Positions 1 to 8,153 of a stretch of DNA of 50,100 nt are shown here, in pieces. Under the pieces are notes generated by a model. The model was not told the origin of the DNA, ran no database searches, and saw only the letters and a program-made list of their open reading frames with translations. Position numbers and translations under genes: made by a program. The DNA comes from a virus. Numbering within the stretch: the first letter of the stretch is position 1; the number at the start of each line of letters is the position of its first letter. The stretch lies in IMG/VR virus record IMGVR_UViG_3300022912_000002; one strand, 5' to 3'.

Positions 1-127
1 TCGCGCACCAAGCCTTTAAGTAATGCCCACCACAAATTAATGTGATGGGCATAAAGGATTAGCACAATGGGTGCTACCAGTTAAACTCCTGCCTTTGTGC
101 AGGTATGGAATCCGTGCCGACCATCTG
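1..127. repeat. Terminal overlap copy 1, identical to 49974-50100. Marks a closed genome of about 49,973 bp.
   Basis: Read directly. TCGCGCACCAAGCCTTTAAGTAATGCCCACC... at position 1 recurs base-for-base from 49974 to the end of the window, exactly 127 nt. Confidence 0.95.
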
Positions 128-424
128 GAAAGCACGAATGTTATGCCAGACACCCTTTTCACCAACAAAAGGCTCATATTCCACACCAGTAAGTGAAAGC
201 ACAAGCTTTTCACCCTCAGGCACGTTCTCCAAAGCTTTCTCTGCTTTAGCAATCTGCTTGTCATAGCATGCAAGCTTGACTGAAGATTTACGAACGCCAT
301 CAGGGTCAATCACATAACCGATTAAGTTACGGACTTTTCCAGCTTTCCCCGTACGAGGGTTCTTGCAGGATGCGACCTCTGTGAAATGGTTAATTACAAA
401 TGCAATAACATTCTCATTAGACAT
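74..424 (-). CDS. Hypothetical early protein (116 aa from MSNENV...); first gene of the leftward arm
   Basis: ORF 74-502. The internal ATG at 424 has GAAGGAG 5 nt upstream. No recognisable motif. Confidence 0.7.
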   Translation of the reverse strand: MSNENVIAFVINHFTEVASCKNPRTGKAGKVRNLIGYVIDPDGVRKSSVKLACYDKQIAKAEKALENVPEGEKLVLSLTGVEYEPFVGEKGVWHNIRAFQMVGTDSIPAQRQEFNW

Positions 425-937
425 ATTGGCTCCTTCGCCATTTACGGCATGGATTAATTCCACACCATAAAGTGGCTGAAGAAATGGACACCAGAACCAC
501 ACAATGGGGGCATAAAGAGCGATGGATGCGGTGTATAGTAAATCCTTAACGTGAAGTAGTGAGGGCTATAATACGCCTGCCACATAGCCATGTATGTAGG
601 GAGCATACATAGCTACGGTGCGTGCGCGACTGCCTCATTTAAACGCATGAACAAAAGAAGCAGGAGCGCGTCAGAACGTAAACACGACCCCATGACCCCT
701 ATTGCAAGGGGGGCTACTGTGAATAGAAAGCCACGCAGACATGTTTGGGCAATTTTTTTGAGAAATAGGTTTCACTACCTGTGACAAATTTTTATCGTTG
801 TAGCACGCTACTAAGTTCCTAGAGTTCCTAAAGCTCCCTACTTCACTTGGAGTAGTATTGTTAATCTTTTAATTAATTACTAAGTTCCTAACGCTACTAG
901 GCACCTAACTCTTTAGGGTCTAAATTTTTTTTCGGTT
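425..937. promoter_or_regulatory. Divergent intergenic control region between the early (-) and late (+) arms, with iterated short repeats
   Basis: 513 bp without a convincing ORF. AGTTCCTA occurs at 814-821, 823-830 and 883-890, with variants GCTCCCTA at 833-840 and GCACCTA at 901-907. ACGCTACTA occurs at 805-813 and 891-899. CTACTTCAC at 838-846 has an inverted copy at 551-559. TATAAT at 567-572 has TTAACG 15 nt upstream. Confidence 0.6.
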
Positions 938-1930
938 GTGATTTTATTCGTTGAGGGCGTGACAAAAGTATATGTTTTTTCAATGCGCGACCCGAGACAC
1001 ACGCAATTTGATAATTTGAGACAAGCTCACCCATTTACCTTAGACGAGATTTCCTACATGGTCAAGTCGGGGGGTATCAGCCGAGTAATTCAGCACCGAG
1101 ATGAGCGCGGAGCAACCGAATATTGGTGTTTACCCCCTGATGTCGCTGATTTGATCCACCTCAGGTACGAACCAAAGGGGAAGTTTGCCACCTGCAAGGA
1201 CTTCCCCAACTGGTTTCTCACGGATGATGGATTAGTTGCTCAGATTGACAAAGTACGAAGCCACCTGGACAAACGATACAAAAACAAAGTACGAAAATTC
1301 TGGTCTGGTGCCTTAATCAAGGGCTATGACGATGGATACAACAAGCCTACCCTGCTATTTATCAATTCTAAAATGTTCAAAGATGGAAAAGTTATGTCGA
1401 AGGGTCATGTTGTTGCCCACCGATGGGATAACAATGATATTACTGAAAAAGACCCTCGCATTGATGCTTTTCTTACCTTAGTATTGGCACATGGCGACCC
1501 TGGGCTTGCGTATAGAGAATCTTTTGGTTCATTTAATGAGACTGGTTCCATTAAGGCAGCGAATCGTTTACTTGGACATGCTTATATTGCTAAAAAATTG
1601 GAGAGAAAATTGAAAGATAAAATCAAGGCAATACTTAAAGAACGAGGATTAGAGATAGACCCTGAATCTTTTGTGATTGGGAAGCGACTTGATTTGCTTG
1701 AAAAGGCGATAAGCACCCCTGAGGGAAAAGGGCTTGCGACTGCGACGAAACTGCTTGAGGGGTTAGAGGACATGTTGAAGATTGAGAAGGGTTCCCCCAA
1801 GACCACTAAAAAGATTGTTAGAAAGTTGACCGCGGAGAGTACCCCAGGTCCGAACAAAGAGAAGTTGCTTGGCACCGCGACTGAAACCACCGAGATTACA
1901 ACTGAAACCAATGAGGAAATAGATGAATAA
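938..1930 (+). CDS. terS: Putative terminase small subunit or DNA-binding packaging protein. Start uncertain: GTG 938 or ATG 983.
   Basis: First gene of the late arm, upstream of terL. The segment GSIKAANRLLGHAYIAKKLERKL resembles the conserved helix region of Terminase_2-type small subunits. The C-terminus is charged and coiled. Confidence 0.45.
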   Translation: MILFVEGVTKVYVFSMRDPRHTQFDNLRQAHPFTLDEISYMVKSGGISRVIQHRDERGATEYWCLPPDVADLIHLRYEPKGKFATCKDFPNWFLTDDGLVAQIDKVRSHLDKRYKNKVRKFWSGALIKGYDDGYNKPTLLFINSKMFKDGKVMSKGHVVAHRWDNNDITEKDPRIDAFLTLVLAHGDPGLAYRESFGSFNETGSIKAANRLLGHAYIAKKLERKLKDKIKAILKERGLEIDPESFVIGKRLDLLEKAISTPEGKGLATATKLLEGLEDMLKIEKGSPKTTKKIVRKLTAESTPGPNKEKLLGTATETTEITTETNEEIDE

Positions 1931-2336
1931 GCTCACCCTTCAGACTGTGAAATATACGAAGTATGGAACTTTTGGTGTATTTATTTTGGACAACGGAATT
2001 CCTGCGCTAGTTACTGTTGAGCGTGAGTGGAAGGATAATCGGCCATATATTAAGGGTAAGCAATCTGGATCCTGCATACCTGCGGGTTGGTATGATGTTG
2101 AATTCTACATTCATCCGACTTGGGGTAAGACTTGGGTGGTTAAAGATGTGCCGAATAGAAGTGATATTATGATTCATCCTGCGAATTACATGAAACAGCT
2201 TCAGGGCTGTGTAGCACCTGGGATGAACTATGGTATAGTGAAAGGTCATTATGGAGTACATAGCTCCCGAGTTGGTATTGAGCTACTTCATGACCATTAT
2301 GGCGAAGAACCGTTTTCATTAGAGGTGATTAGATGA
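1923..2336 (+). CDS. DUF5675-like protein (YkuD/L,D-transpeptidase-like His...Gly-Cys signature)
   Basis: GAGGAAATAG lies before the ATG. The motifs GTFGVF...IPAGWY...VPNRSDIMIHPANYMKQLQGCVAPG fit the remembered DUF5675 pattern (IP.G.Y ... R..ILIH.GN....T.GCI..G). Confidence 0.55.
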   Translation: MNKLTLQTVKYTKYGTFGVFILDNGIPALVTVEREWKDNRPYIKGKQSGSCIPAGWYDVEFYIHPTWGKTWVVKDVPNRSDIMIHPANYMKQLQGCVAPGMNYGIVKGHYGVHSSRVGIELLHDHYGEEPFSLEVIR

Positions 2337-2911
2337 CAGATTTTAAAGATTCAGAGTTTCCGCTTTACAAATGCCACAAGATGGTAAAGGCTGCCCTTAT
2401 ACTTGGTTTATGCAAGGATGAGGATGATGGTGCCTATGACTTAACCTTATTCAATGTTTCGATTGGTTTTCCATCTGTATTGCGAATCCCTGCCAATTGG
2501 GTTGAGCGTTTCAAGCCTGAGGTTGGCGGTTATTATGTGATGTATAAAGATGGGTACACTTCATTCAGCCCGAAAAAAGAGTTTGAGGATGGGTACAACA
2601 TCATGGGGCTTATGGAGTTTGACCAGTCAGATGTTGAGCAGTTACAGGAGGAAGCCGCAAAACAGTTTATCAAGGGTCAAATGCCAGTTGAGGAATATCT
2701 TGATATTGCCATTCCTGCTGACCCCTGGAAGCTCCGTTCAAAAGGCATGTCATGTGCTACCTGTATGTGGTCAGTAATGAAAGAAGCCATCGACCCCAAT
2801 AGAACGCCACTTGGTCGTTGTCGAAAAAACGCTCCCACAATGGATGGTTACCCTGCTATATTCGAGGATGATTGGTGTGGTGAGCATAAATTGGATGAGA
2901 ACAAGATATGA
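2333..2911 (+). CDS. Hypothetical protein with a Cys-rich C-terminal module
   Basis: ATGA overlap with the upstream gene. N-terminal GGYYVMYKDGYTSFSPKKEFEDGY. C-terminal CATC...GRCRKNAP...DDWCGEHK (4 Cys). Confidence 0.7.
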   Translation: MTDFKDSEFPLYKCHKMVKAALILGLCKDEDDGAYDLTLFNVSIGFPSVLRIPANWVERFKPEVGGYYVMYKDGYTSFSPKKEFEDGYNIMGLMEFDQSDVEQLQEEAAKQFIKGQMPVEEYLDIAIPADPWKLRSKGMSCATCMWSVMKEAIDPNRTPLGRCRKNAPTMDGYPAIFEDDWCGEHKLDENKI

Positions 2912-3222
2912 AAATCCCTAATTCAAGGTCGCAAATGATAGCCGATTTGAAGCTTATCAAATGCGACCTACTGGCTGACTTGGAATTAGTTGATCACATG
3001 CTTGGGTTTCATGGTGATGAGCCTAAGCCTGCTGATTTCAGGCAACATGAACGAAATGTCAGCATGATTAAAGCTCAGACTATTGCCATGATTATGAGTT
3101 CTGCTGACACCGCGAAGCGGTACAGGGCTCACATGGATGCTTTTGCAAAGTCTGGTGGTCTTGAAGCGATCAAATCTCACCCTGATTATCTTGCAAAAAT
3201 GTCAGGTGTTGGGAACGCATAG
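2908..3222 (+). CDS. Hypothetical protein
   Basis: ATGA overlap with the upstream ORF. The ORF ends immediately before the terL start. Confidence 0.65.
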   Translation: MKIPNSRSQMIADLKLIKCDLLADLELVDHMLGFHGDEPKPADFRQHERNVSMIKAQTIAMIMSSADTAKRYRAHMDAFAKSGGLEAIKSHPDYLAKMSGVGNA

Positions 3223-4827
3223 TTGACAAAATTAGTTGAAGCGGAAGTAGCTGGCCTTTACGAAGAAGTTGAAGTAGAGGTTGATGAATTCGGGTTTACT
3301 CCCGAAGAAAAGCAACAAGCGAAAGATAATATGGGGTTAAATCTCCAACTCATGGCTGAGACGATTGCAGGGCTAGCCATGACACATTTATCGCCACCGT
3401 TTCACGCTGAAATATATAAAGCATGGCTTGAAGCCCTCACGCCCAAAGGAAGAAAGAAAATCCTCACAGTAGCCCCTCGCTACCATGCCAAGAGTACGGT
3501 AGCAGGGCTATTTTTGGTTTTACACCACATCTTTTATAGAAAAGGTCCGAAAGTTGTGGTCATTGTTTCAAGGACTGCATCCCACTCCGTTCGCGTGCTT
3601 AATACTGTAAAAGAGGCACTAGATGGTGAGGGTAGTGAAACCCTGAAATACTTCTACGGTGACCACGGCCCACATACTGCGATTAAATGGACTGAATCTG
3701 AAGTTCAGCTTTCCGATGGAACTTTAATTGTTGCCCTGGGTACTGGTCAGCAAATTCGCGGTATCAAACACGGTTACCAAAGACCCACATTCATTCTACT
3801 TGATGACCCTGAGGATGAGGAAAACACCAAAACAATCGATTCCATGAATCAGAATTTTGAATGGGTGGTTGGTGCTGCTATCCCTGCCCTTGCCGTTGAT
3901 GGAATTATGGTTGTGATTGGTACGGTATTGCATCAATATTGCATTGTCCGAAGGTTGAAAAAGGCTGAAAAACAATGGACTGTGTTGTGGTATCAGGCGA
4001 TTGTTGATGAAGCGAAGAAATTGACATTATGGCCTGATTTATGGCCGTATGAAGCCATTATGGATAAAAAGAATGAAGCTCGCGCACTTGGCAAGCTTTC
4101 TACTTGGTATCGAGAATGGATGAATATGATTGTTGCCCCAGAGCATCAACCTTTCCAAGAACATATGTGGAAAACCCGTTGGGGCGGTGAAGTCAAGAAC
4201 TATAAAGACGAGCGATATGCTGAAATCAGAGTTGAGCAAGATGGGAGTTGGTGGTGGATTCCTGTTTTTCTTTACATGGGTATAGATCCTGCGCGTTCAA
4301 AAGAGGAAACTGCTGATTTCTCAGCTATTCGTATCATCGGTAAGGATGCTGAAGATCATGTTTGGTCGATTTACACATGGAAAGCTCGCGTTTATCCCAT
4401 GGAACTTGCCGCTAAAATCATGGAAGTGAGCAAGGAATATGCTATTCGTGGTATCAATATCGAGACAGTTGGCTATCAAGAAATGCTCAGAGACTACTTG
4501 AAGCATCAGAAACTATGGTTGCCAGGTATTGAGCGTAAAAATCAGCCAAGAACGGCTAAAAATGACCGACTTCTTGGGAATCAACCAAGATATTCTCAGG
4601 GTGGAGTCACTTTGCGTGAGAATGGTGATGAGCCTTTGATTGATGAAATGGTTGTATTTGACCCATCGAAAAAGAACAATATTGACGACTGTATGGATGC
4701 TGACTGGTATGCTTTGAAGGATGCCCACAAATGTCCATATCCCAAGCGTTTGACATCGATTCCTCGCCCAGAGAAGCAAGGCGTTCGCAAAAAGCGTAAA
4801 ATCAGAATTGGTGGTTGGCAAGCGTGA
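3223..4827 (+). CDS. terL: Terminase large subunit
   Basis: Walker A-like VAPRYHAKST, Walker B-like PTFILLDDPEDEEN, and a C-terminal RNaseH-like nuclease segment GIDPARSKEETADFSAIRIIGKD. TTG start at 3223. 534 aa. Confidence 0.9.
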   Translation: MTKLVEAEVAGLYEEVEVEVDEFGFTPEEKQQAKDNMGLNLQLMAETIAGLAMTHLSPPFHAEIYKAWLEALTPKGRKKILTVAPRYHAKSTVAGLFLVLHHIFYRKGPKVVVIVSRTASHSVRVLNTVKEALDGEGSETLKYFYGDHGPHTAIKWTESEVQLSDGTLIVALGTGQQIRGIKHGYQRPTFILLDDPEDEENTKTIDSMNQNFEWVVGAAIPALAVDGIMVVIGTVLHQYCIVRRLKKAEKQWTVLWYQAIVDEAKKLTLWPDLWPYEAIMDKKNEARALGKLSTWYREWMNMIVAPEHQPFQEHMWKTRWGGEVKNYKDERYAEIRVEQDGSWWWIPVFLYMGIDPARSKEETADFSAIRIIGKDAEDHVWSIYTWKARVYPMELAAKIMEVSKEYAIRGINIETVGYQEMLRDYLKHQKLWLPGIERKNQPRTAKNDRLLGNQPRYSQGGVTLRENGDEPLIDEMVVFDPSKKNNIDDCMDADWYALKDAHKCPYPKRLTSIPRPEKQGVRKKRKIRIGGWQA

Positions 4828-4961
4828 CAAACTTTGACAAAAACTAAGAATCTTCACCTTTTTTACCCCATATACCTTTAGAACTTAATACTTTAAGGTT
4901 TTTTATTCAGATACCTTAAATATTCTTGCCCATGTTATGACAAAGCATCTTTTTATATGTA

Positions 4962-7142
4962 ATGTTAACTGAACAAGAAAACAACTACACCGACAACGCC
5001 CCGATTCTCGACCCGAGATGCGTTGAATCGGAACGTCAACTTCGACTTTATCTAACTGCTTCCCAAGATTATCGCCAAGACCAACAACAGTGGTATTCGT
5101 TCACTTATGGTGACCAGTGGCAGGAAGATGTCCGAAAGCTATTGGAGAGCAGAAACCAAGCTCCAATCATGTTCAATTACATTGCGCCTGCCGTTGAGCA
5201 GGCGATTGCATATCTAACAGCACGTTCACCTGGCTTTTCCGCTACTGGAAGGGATGATTCGGATGTGAAAACTGGCCGTGTTATGGCTGACTTCCTTTCC
5301 TACCTCTGGTATAGGTCTGATGGTGACCTTCAGTTTGTTCGGGTTGCGATGGATTACTTCGTTCGTGGCTTGGGGTATTTGGTCGTTTGGCCTGATAAGA
5401 ACGCAGATCATGGTAGGGGCGAACTCAAAGTTGAGTATGCAGATACCAATAATATAGTCGTTGACCCTTCCACTACGCATCCTCTACATGATGATGCCGC
5501 GAGTGTGATATATTTCCGTGACATGACCACCGCTGCTTTCAAGAACAAATTCCCAAAACACCAAGACTTGCTAGAAAAAGCCATGCCTGCGGGTCCAAAT
5601 GAGGCTCCCGATGCTGAGAATGAGAATGATGGTGGTGGCAATACTCTCAGGAATAACCCTGGCAACTACGTTCAAGAACCTGAGAAAATCGTTCGTGTAA
5701 CATCTCGATATACCAAAATTCCTGCTCAATACAACCGTGTGCTAGACACGCGAGATGGAAAAGAGCAAATCAAGTCTGAAGCAGACTACAAAGCTTTTCT
5801 AGCTGAACCCGTGTTTGCTATAATCACGGCTGATTCAGTCGATTATTTTGACAGTCAAGCCCAAGCCATGCAGACCCTTATCCAGTACCAATCTCAGAAT
5901 ATTATTGTTCAAGGGTTGGAATCTAATCGCCAAAAGATGGTTACTGAGGGGATTTACAAGACTGTACTCTATTTTCAGGAACGTGTCCAAGACATTACTG
6001 ACGTTGGTGGTCAGCTTATGTGGGATAATGTGCTTCCTATTTCTTACTATCCAGTAATCCCTTTCCACAACAAGCATACTGGAACCCCATATTCATCCTC
6101 AGATGTATCAATGGTGATCAGCGTTCAGCAGTTTGTGAACAAGCTGACTTCACTTGTAATTGCATACATGCAGGCCGCTACAACCATGAAACTATTGGTT
6201 CCCGAAGGTTCTGTTGAGGATATTGAAAAGCTTGAGGAAGATTGGAAACGGCCTGATGCTGTGATTCCTTTCGATGCTTCCTATGGAACTCCCCACGCAT
6301 CCGTTCTGCAGCCCCTTTCCAATTCAGTCTTTCAGCTAATCCAGATGGGTAAGCAGATGATTGAGTATGAATTTGGAATCTTTGAATCCATGATGGGTAA
6401 TGGCGCTGAATCGCCTGAGACTTTCAAGGGTACTATGGCTGTGGATGAATTTGGTCAGCGCAGGATTCGCTATAAACTGAGACAGATGGAACGCTCTCTC
6501 AGGCGTGTTGGTCAGGTTCTAATGGAATGGTCTGGCGATTTTTACACCACCGAGAAACTATTTAAGGTTATTGCTCCGAACGGTGATGTTGAGCAAGGCA
6601 TGGTAAATGTACCCAAGTATGATGATAAGGGTGCATATGTTGAGACTCTATTCGATGTCAATAATGACTATGATATTATCATCATGGGTGGATCTACTCT
6701 GCCTGTTAATCGTTGGGCAGAATATGAGACTTACAAGGATGCCTATACGATTGGACTGATTGACCAAGAAGAAGCTCTCAAGAAAACTGAAATCTTTGAC
6801 CGTGAGGGTGTACTTGCCCGAACGAGTAAACTGAAACAAATGGCAGGCCAGATTGAAGGCTTGACCAAAGAATTGAAGAAAACTACTGGCGACCTGCAAA
6901 CGGCACAACGCGAATCCACACATGATAAACAGCGAGTGGAAATTGAGAAATTCAAGACTGATTTGAATAAGCTCATGGCAAACCTAGAAGCAGGCGGAAA
7001 ATTAGACGCGAAGAAGCTTGAATTAGCTGTGAAAGACCTACTTGGTGATATTAAGTCGTCAATGATTACGCAGGACACCCCTGAAGGAGATAGGAAGAAA
7101 GCTCCCAGGACTTCTGCGAAAAAAACCAAGAAGGAAGAATAA
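4962..7142 (+). CDS. Portal protein (podovirus-type head-tail connector)
   Basis: 726 aa, located immediately after terL and before the scaffold and capsid genes. The C-terminal tail is coiled-coil and basic. The call rests on size and synteny. Confidence 0.8.
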   Translation: MLTEQENNYTDNAPILDPRCVESERQLRLYLTASQDYRQDQQQWYSFTYGDQWQEDVRKLLESRNQAPIMFNYIAPAVEQAIAYLTARSPGFSATGRDDSDVKTGRVMADFLSYLWYRSDGDLQFVRVAMDYFVRGLGYLVVWPDKNADHGRGELKVEYADTNNIVVDPSTTHPLHDDAASVIYFRDMTTAAFKNKFPKHQDLLEKAMPAGPNEAPDAENENDGGGNTLRNNPGNYVQEPEKIVRVTSRYTKIPAQYNRVLDTRDGKEQIKSEADYKAFLAEPVFAIITADSVDYFDSQAQAMQTLIQYQSQNIIVQGLESNRQKMVTEGIYKTVLYFQERVQDITDVGGQLMWDNVLPISYYPVIPFHNKHTGTPYSSSDVSMVISVQQFVNKLTSLVIAYMQAATTMKLLVPEGSVEDIEKLEEDWKRPDAVIPFDASYGTPHASVLQPLSNSVFQLIQMGKQMIEYEFGIFESMMGNGAESPETFKGTMAVDEFGQRRIRYKLRQMERSLRRVGQVLMEWSGDFYTTEKLFKVIAPNGDVEQGMVNVPKYDDKGAYVETLFDVNNDYDIIIMGGSTLPVNRWAEYETYKDAYTIGLIDQEEALKKTEIFDREGVLARTSKLKQMAGQIEGLTKELKKTTGDLQTAQRESTHDKQRVEIEKFKTDLNKLMANLEAGGKLDAKKLELAVKDLLGDIKSSMITQDTPEGDRKKAPRTSAKKTKKEE

Positions 7143-7143
7143 A

Positions 7144-8136
7144 ATGAACGATACCCTGCACACTCCACCAGTAAACAACGACACCCCAGTGGATAACGAC
7201 CCATCGTTAGTGGCAAATTTGCCCGATGATGATTTTAACCCAATGGACTCTGAGTTTAATGGAGAAGATGATTCAGACACCCCTCTTTATCAGTTAGAGG
7301 ACTTTGATGATGAGAGCCAGGAACCCAATCAGCCGAACACACCTGAACCGCAGACACCAACCGATGGTGACCAACCCCCTGCAACTCAGGATAACGCCAC
7401 TCCGACTGGCGGGAAGAATTGGGAAGAATCAGCAAAGCACTTTCAGAGCGAAACCGACAAGCTGAAGAATACGCTTCAAGGTTACGAGCAAGTAAAGCCT
7501 TTGTACGATTTGGTGACTTCGGACCCTGAGATTGCTCAGAGGGTCACCCTTGCGATTATGAACCAGCCGCAACCGCAGTCAACAGGCGAAGTTGTTGCAC
7601 CTCAAGGTCAGCCCGCACCTCAGGCTACCCCTGAATTAGTTGCCCCCGTAAAACCCGATGACTATGATGCTTTTGAAGCGAGAACAAATCCTGAATCAGC
7701 CTCGTACAAATTTGAAGAACAGTTGTCAGAATTTCGGGTACAAAAGGCCATACAATCCACCCTTGAACCAATCTTAGGGCAGGTGAATAAGGTCAATTCA
7801 GTTTTGGAGCAACAGCAACAAGCCCAGGCTTACCAACAGCAGCAGGTAGCATGGAAGCGAGACTTTATGGCACAAGGAATGTCTGCAACGGTAGCAGACA
7901 ACTTGGTTGGTTTCATGTCAAGTGACGCATCTCTGACCCCTCAGGGTTGGAATCAGTTCTTGAGTGGAATGAACCAAACACCTGATAACTCAAATCAAAA
8001 TCCACCTACGGATTTCGACCAGGCAGATCACGCATCCCGCACCAATGGTGCTGGCGGTGGCGGTGGCGGTCCAACTACGCCCCCACCAACATTTGATTCT
8101 TCCTTTAAGTCGGAAGCCGAAAGCATGGATTACTAA
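7144..8136 (+). CDS. Scaffolding protein
   Basis: Lies between the portal and major capsid genes. The N-terminus is acidic and Pro/Gln-rich, there is a QQQQAQAYQQQQ stretch, and a poly-Gly tract is present. Confidence 0.65.
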   Translation: MNDTLHTPPVNNDTPVDNDPSLVANLPDDDFNPMDSEFNGEDDSDTPLYQLEDFDDESQEPNQPNTPEPQTPTDGDQPPATQDNATPTGGKNWEESAKHFQSETDKLKNTLQGYEQVKPLYDLVTSDPEIAQRVTLAIMNQPQPQSTGEVVAPQGQPAPQATPELVAPVKPDDYDAFEARTNPESASYKFEEQLSEFRVQKAIQSTLEPILGQVNKVNSVLEQQQQAQAYQQQQVAWKRDFMAQGMSATVADNLVGFMSSDASLTPQGWNQFLSGMNQTPDNSNQNPPTDFDQADHASRTNGAGGGGGGPTTPPPTFDSSFKSEAESMDY

Positions 8137-8153
8137 AGAAGGAGTAATTCTTT

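Noticed and set aside
1-127. The 127-nt identical ends as a genuine biological direct terminal repeat
   Set aside because: The length equals a standard assembler k-mer and the copy is cut by the contig end. This cannot be distinguished from an assembly closure artefact without reads, so it is reported only as evidence of closure.
590-784. 64-aa + strand ORF in the divergent control region
   Set aside because: It has no SD, the product is Arg/Ser-rich with an unusual composition, and it overlaps hairpins and repeats. The region is better explained as regulatory or non-coding, though a short RNA from the TATAAT at 567 to the T-run at 754-760 cannot be excluded.
4834-4862. Perfect TTGACA hexamer as a sigma70 promoter upstream of portal
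   Set aside because: No acceptable -10 hexamer lies at 16-18 nt (the sequence there is CCTTTT). The -35 alone is not evidence.
6743-7216. 157-aa - strand ORF across the portal/scaffold junction, and similar ORFs at 22711-23217, 23485-23910 and 13421-13723
   Set aside because: They are antisense to well-supported structural genes, low-complexity, and interrupt the operon logic. Treated as non-coding shadows.
8047-8070. (GGY)8 microsatellite
   Set aside because: It simply encodes the poly-Gly tract of the scaffold-like protein's disordered C-terminus. It may be slippage-prone, but nothing shows a function.
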